Source: Candidatus Cloacimonadales bacterium (lineage in GTDB: Bacteria; Cloacimonadota; Cloacimonadia; Cloacimonadales; JAFGVF01). Taken from it: 64,000 nt of DNA. The stretch covers positions 320,001-384,000 of the forward strand of contig CAXXOU010000004.1 of NCBI GenBank assembly GCA_963677495.2. The letters are read 5' to 3'. Shown one piece after another: positions 62,401-64,000 of the stretch. Every line of letters begins with the position of its first letter. Position 1 is the first letter of the stretch. The notes beneath the pieces are model-generated. The model was not told where the DNA came from and did no database searches. It was given only the letters and a program-made list of their open reading frames with translations. A program made the translations under genes and the position numbers.

Positions 62401-63814
62401 TTTCAAAATCATCCACAGGATCTTCAAGATGCCATTGAAGTAATGTTGAAAGTCTTCCATACTCTCCATAACCTGTGTCATCATTTCCATCAGTGTCCAA
62501 ATAATCTTTTAAAACTAAATTTGGCTCTCCAGAATAGTTTGTATGAACATCTCCGGCATATCTTACATCCATATAAAATAGAATTCTAGCAACATCACCT
62601 TTAACGGAATCATGTGGTTCAAAAGTATCTTTATTATCGTTTTTAAAGTTTCCAGGAGCATCTTCTAACTCGGAACCACCTTCATCAAAGTCATATCGAT
62701 CACCATTTTCTGACACATCTCTGTCAGCAGGTTTTAAATTGTGCAAATCTCCAAAAACAGGTTCATCATATTTGAAAGAACCATGATATTCATTCCATAC
62801 ACATTCAACATCATCATAGCTATCTGATTCAAGACCGGAATACATCTGCCTAATCATTCCTTCGCTATATGGTGATGCATCAGATAAAGCTAAAGCTTCA
62901 TCTATTTCATTATCATAATATGAGTATGAAGTGTGGTCATCTATAATATCATGAATCTGGTTCCTTAAATCCTCACCTTCAGTTGCTGTAACTGTAGCAT
63001 AATAATCTGAAACTAGTATATATTCTCTTTTAATTACTTCACTAGGTTCGTGACCGGAACTATCATTAACCAATAGCTTAACACTTTGATACCCTTCAGA
63101 GCTATATGAATAAACTGGATTATCAATTGAAGAATCAATAACGCCATCATTATTAAAATCCCAATGATATGAATAGGGTGGAACTCCTCCGGTGACATTA
63201 CTGCTGAACTGAATGAAATCCGATTGTGTTACCAAGTTTGAATTTGAGAAAAAATCTATTGATAATGGTGCAATACCACCACTGTAATCTGAAATTGACA
63301 TGTCATCAATGAAGAGCCTTTCCTTATCTTGAATTGTCCTTATTCTAATAAAAATATTATCCCCAGGTAAGTTTGCATTATAACTATACTCATGATAATT
63401 GGTATCATTGGATAAAACGACGGAATACCCTAACTGTGTCCAAGCACCATCTAAACTTTGGTATTGATATTCTACTACAAACTCTATAGGTTCTCTATAG
63501 TTGCCATCATAGTGTCGATACCAGAAACTGATAGTTCCAATGCCATTATCTTTACCCCCGTTATCCATCCCTCTATAAACTAGGAGTTCTTCGGTATTTG
63601 ATGAATCATCATTGAAATTAATGGCATTCCCTGATCTAGCTCTAGATGAACGACAGCGAGCGTTATGGGTATCCCAGAATCCGGTTTCGCTAGAATAGTA
63701 TTGTTTGTAGTTTCTATAACTACCATCATAAAAATCGTTAAAATCTTCAAATACGTCAGCAACTAAGAACATAGCATAAACAGCAAAAGTAATTAGCATT
63801 AGCTTCTTTTTCAT
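59462..63814 (-). CDS. Large secreted endonuclease I-like paralog with degenerate active site, PKD, OB-fold-like, lamin-tail-like domains and CTD
   Basis: Same architecture as its neighbour; VECVWNEYHG replaces KEHVWAKSHG; DVSENGD replaces NINSTRSN; scaffold VKGDVARILFYM..RY and NRNPFIDHPEW retained; VYPNPFNP...KAMLLK. Confidence 0.87.
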   Translation of the reverse strand: MKKKLMLITFAVYAMFLVADVFEDFNDFYDGSYRNYKQYYSSETGFWDTHNARCRSSRARSGNAINFNDDSSNTEELLVYRGMDNGGKDNGIGTISFWYRHYDGNYREPIEFVVEYQYQSLDGAWTQLGYSVVLSNDTNYHEYSYNANLPGDNIFIRIRTIQDKERLFIDDMSISDYSGGIAPLSIDFFSNSNLVTQSDFIQFSSNVTGGVPPYSYHWDFNNDGVIDSSIDNPVYSYSSEGYQSVKLLVNDSSGHEPSEVIKREYILVSDYYATVTATEGEDLRNQIHDIIDDHTSYSYYDNEIDEALALSDASPYSEGMIRQMYSGLESDSYDDVECVWNEYHGSFKYDEPVFGDLHNLKPADRDVSENGDRYDFDEGGSELEDAPGNFKNDNKDTFEPHDSVKGDVARILFYMDVRYAGDVHTNYSGEPNLVLKDYLDTDGNDDTGYGEYGRLSTLLQWHLEDPVDDFEIRRNNVIYSYQNNRNPFIDHPEWVEPIFFPTTSIMNIQMVLDFNNDASDMLGQYVKVQGYITAIDSNGFYLQDIAGGPWSGIYVSTDLQGYSVGDELIITAYVDEIDGVTSLVNIFESTLISTNNAISPYLISLAELSEVYESTLVQINDITVNPDDNLSDRLVFVSDSTGSGYIGSIFYNHGLNPGDIYQGIISVYINDRVQAYLAPRSEDDLLNAVNYPPIANAGDDIVCYDADEDGWCNITLNGSQSYDSDGSIGIWEWSWTENVNAGTVDEIFISEYYEGSSYRKAIELYNGTTSVIDLSNYTLERDGSGNGNFRYTLDLTGQVMPYSTFVIVYDRNGSNSDLAYEYDWDFPTSNNMMYFSGDDQIRLIRNDTGETIDFVGINGDVNWGRNISLIRKPEVYHGSNLYDGNEWEEGIYDNPGSLGNHAIGAKRVKRTVVQEYGETITHDFPLGITNVYLTVYDNHGASSVDTTRVMINEGNGSNPPVIYDVSYHPASPKHRQNITIVAYIDQNRNITNSELNWGLNAAQMTNVVPMQLIGNGEYRATINGQTAGSRVFFTVIAENDEPAEAQTAVQYVDIGYYGDSNIIFSEITEPSTSNAAFIELFNAGSAPVSLLDWEIRQYNSERSTVFNPDVNNNIVTNMDENFTLFPGEYLIVINGTLSNFSSYYGAYAGKYIVDGTTTDGVPYVDGGEYYELYDSTDSKGLADAIGSSTSTILNSHTYERIDAESDGSNLSSDWSDIGGDATGTPGAENQTLLNNDQSVLPVTFASFYCESTEDLFININWTTASEKDLSGFRILRQVMRIDDESDPDLSSAEQFNTMINASNDTNGSNYSFLDQEVLPGNKYFYWINTIEIDGQSTFYGPSVVVIDHDDILEEQPLALFTGLCNVYPNPFNPTARVTFSVKNPEEVKIDVFNLKGQKLKTLIEQGFDAGHHYVYWDGTDSYNKPVASGVYLFRMQAGKTSNVKKAMLLK

Positions 63815-64000
63815 TGTAGCCTCTATATAATATCATTTTTTTGCTTAATTAAATAATTTAATTTTTTCAATTACCAAACCGCAATCAATTTATGGATAAG
63901 GAGTTAGGATGTCAAAACAATTATTTCAATGAGTGACAAATTATTTTACAATCTTATATATATCATTATCTTAAGCATAATAACTTTTTTTGGCGATTGT

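Noticed and set aside
41433..63814. Isolated basic residues at domain hinges (AKTTK, AKRVKR, AAR, SR) as proteolytic processing sites
   Set aside because: Suggestive in otherwise acidic proteins, but there is no consistent consensus to support it.

Overview
AT-rich bacterial chromosomal window, most consistent with Candidatus Cloacimonadota or a related FCB-group anaerobe. This is an inference from the many signal-peptide proteins ending in a YPNPFNP...KxxLxK FlgD/T9SS-type C-terminal domain (CTD). Housekeeping genes (fba, gap, waaA, purH, ackA, maf, rocD, acyl-CoA dehydrogenase, M16 peptidase pair, ABC exporter) are interleaved with seven intact CTD proteins, one CTD pseudogene and an intact IS21-family element with a 6-bp target duplication. 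Main findings: (1) a secreted Omp28/thioredoxin-like protein whose real start (28731) lies upstream of an in-frame TGA in a U-G-F-C motif, followed by a SECIS-like hairpin, i.e. a probable exported selenoprotein that the ORF track truncates; (2) three giant secreted paralogs sharing an unassigned N-terminal domain, including a tandem pair of an apparently active endonuclease I and an apparently dead pseudonuclease; (3) dispersed intergenic inverted-repeat elements built from exactly 11-bp-phased motifs, four of them carrying an inverted pair of DnaA boxes; (4) a synonymous duplicate of the acyl-CoA dehydrogenase 3' end, resembling an att scar. All family assignments come from motif recognition by eye; no database search was run.
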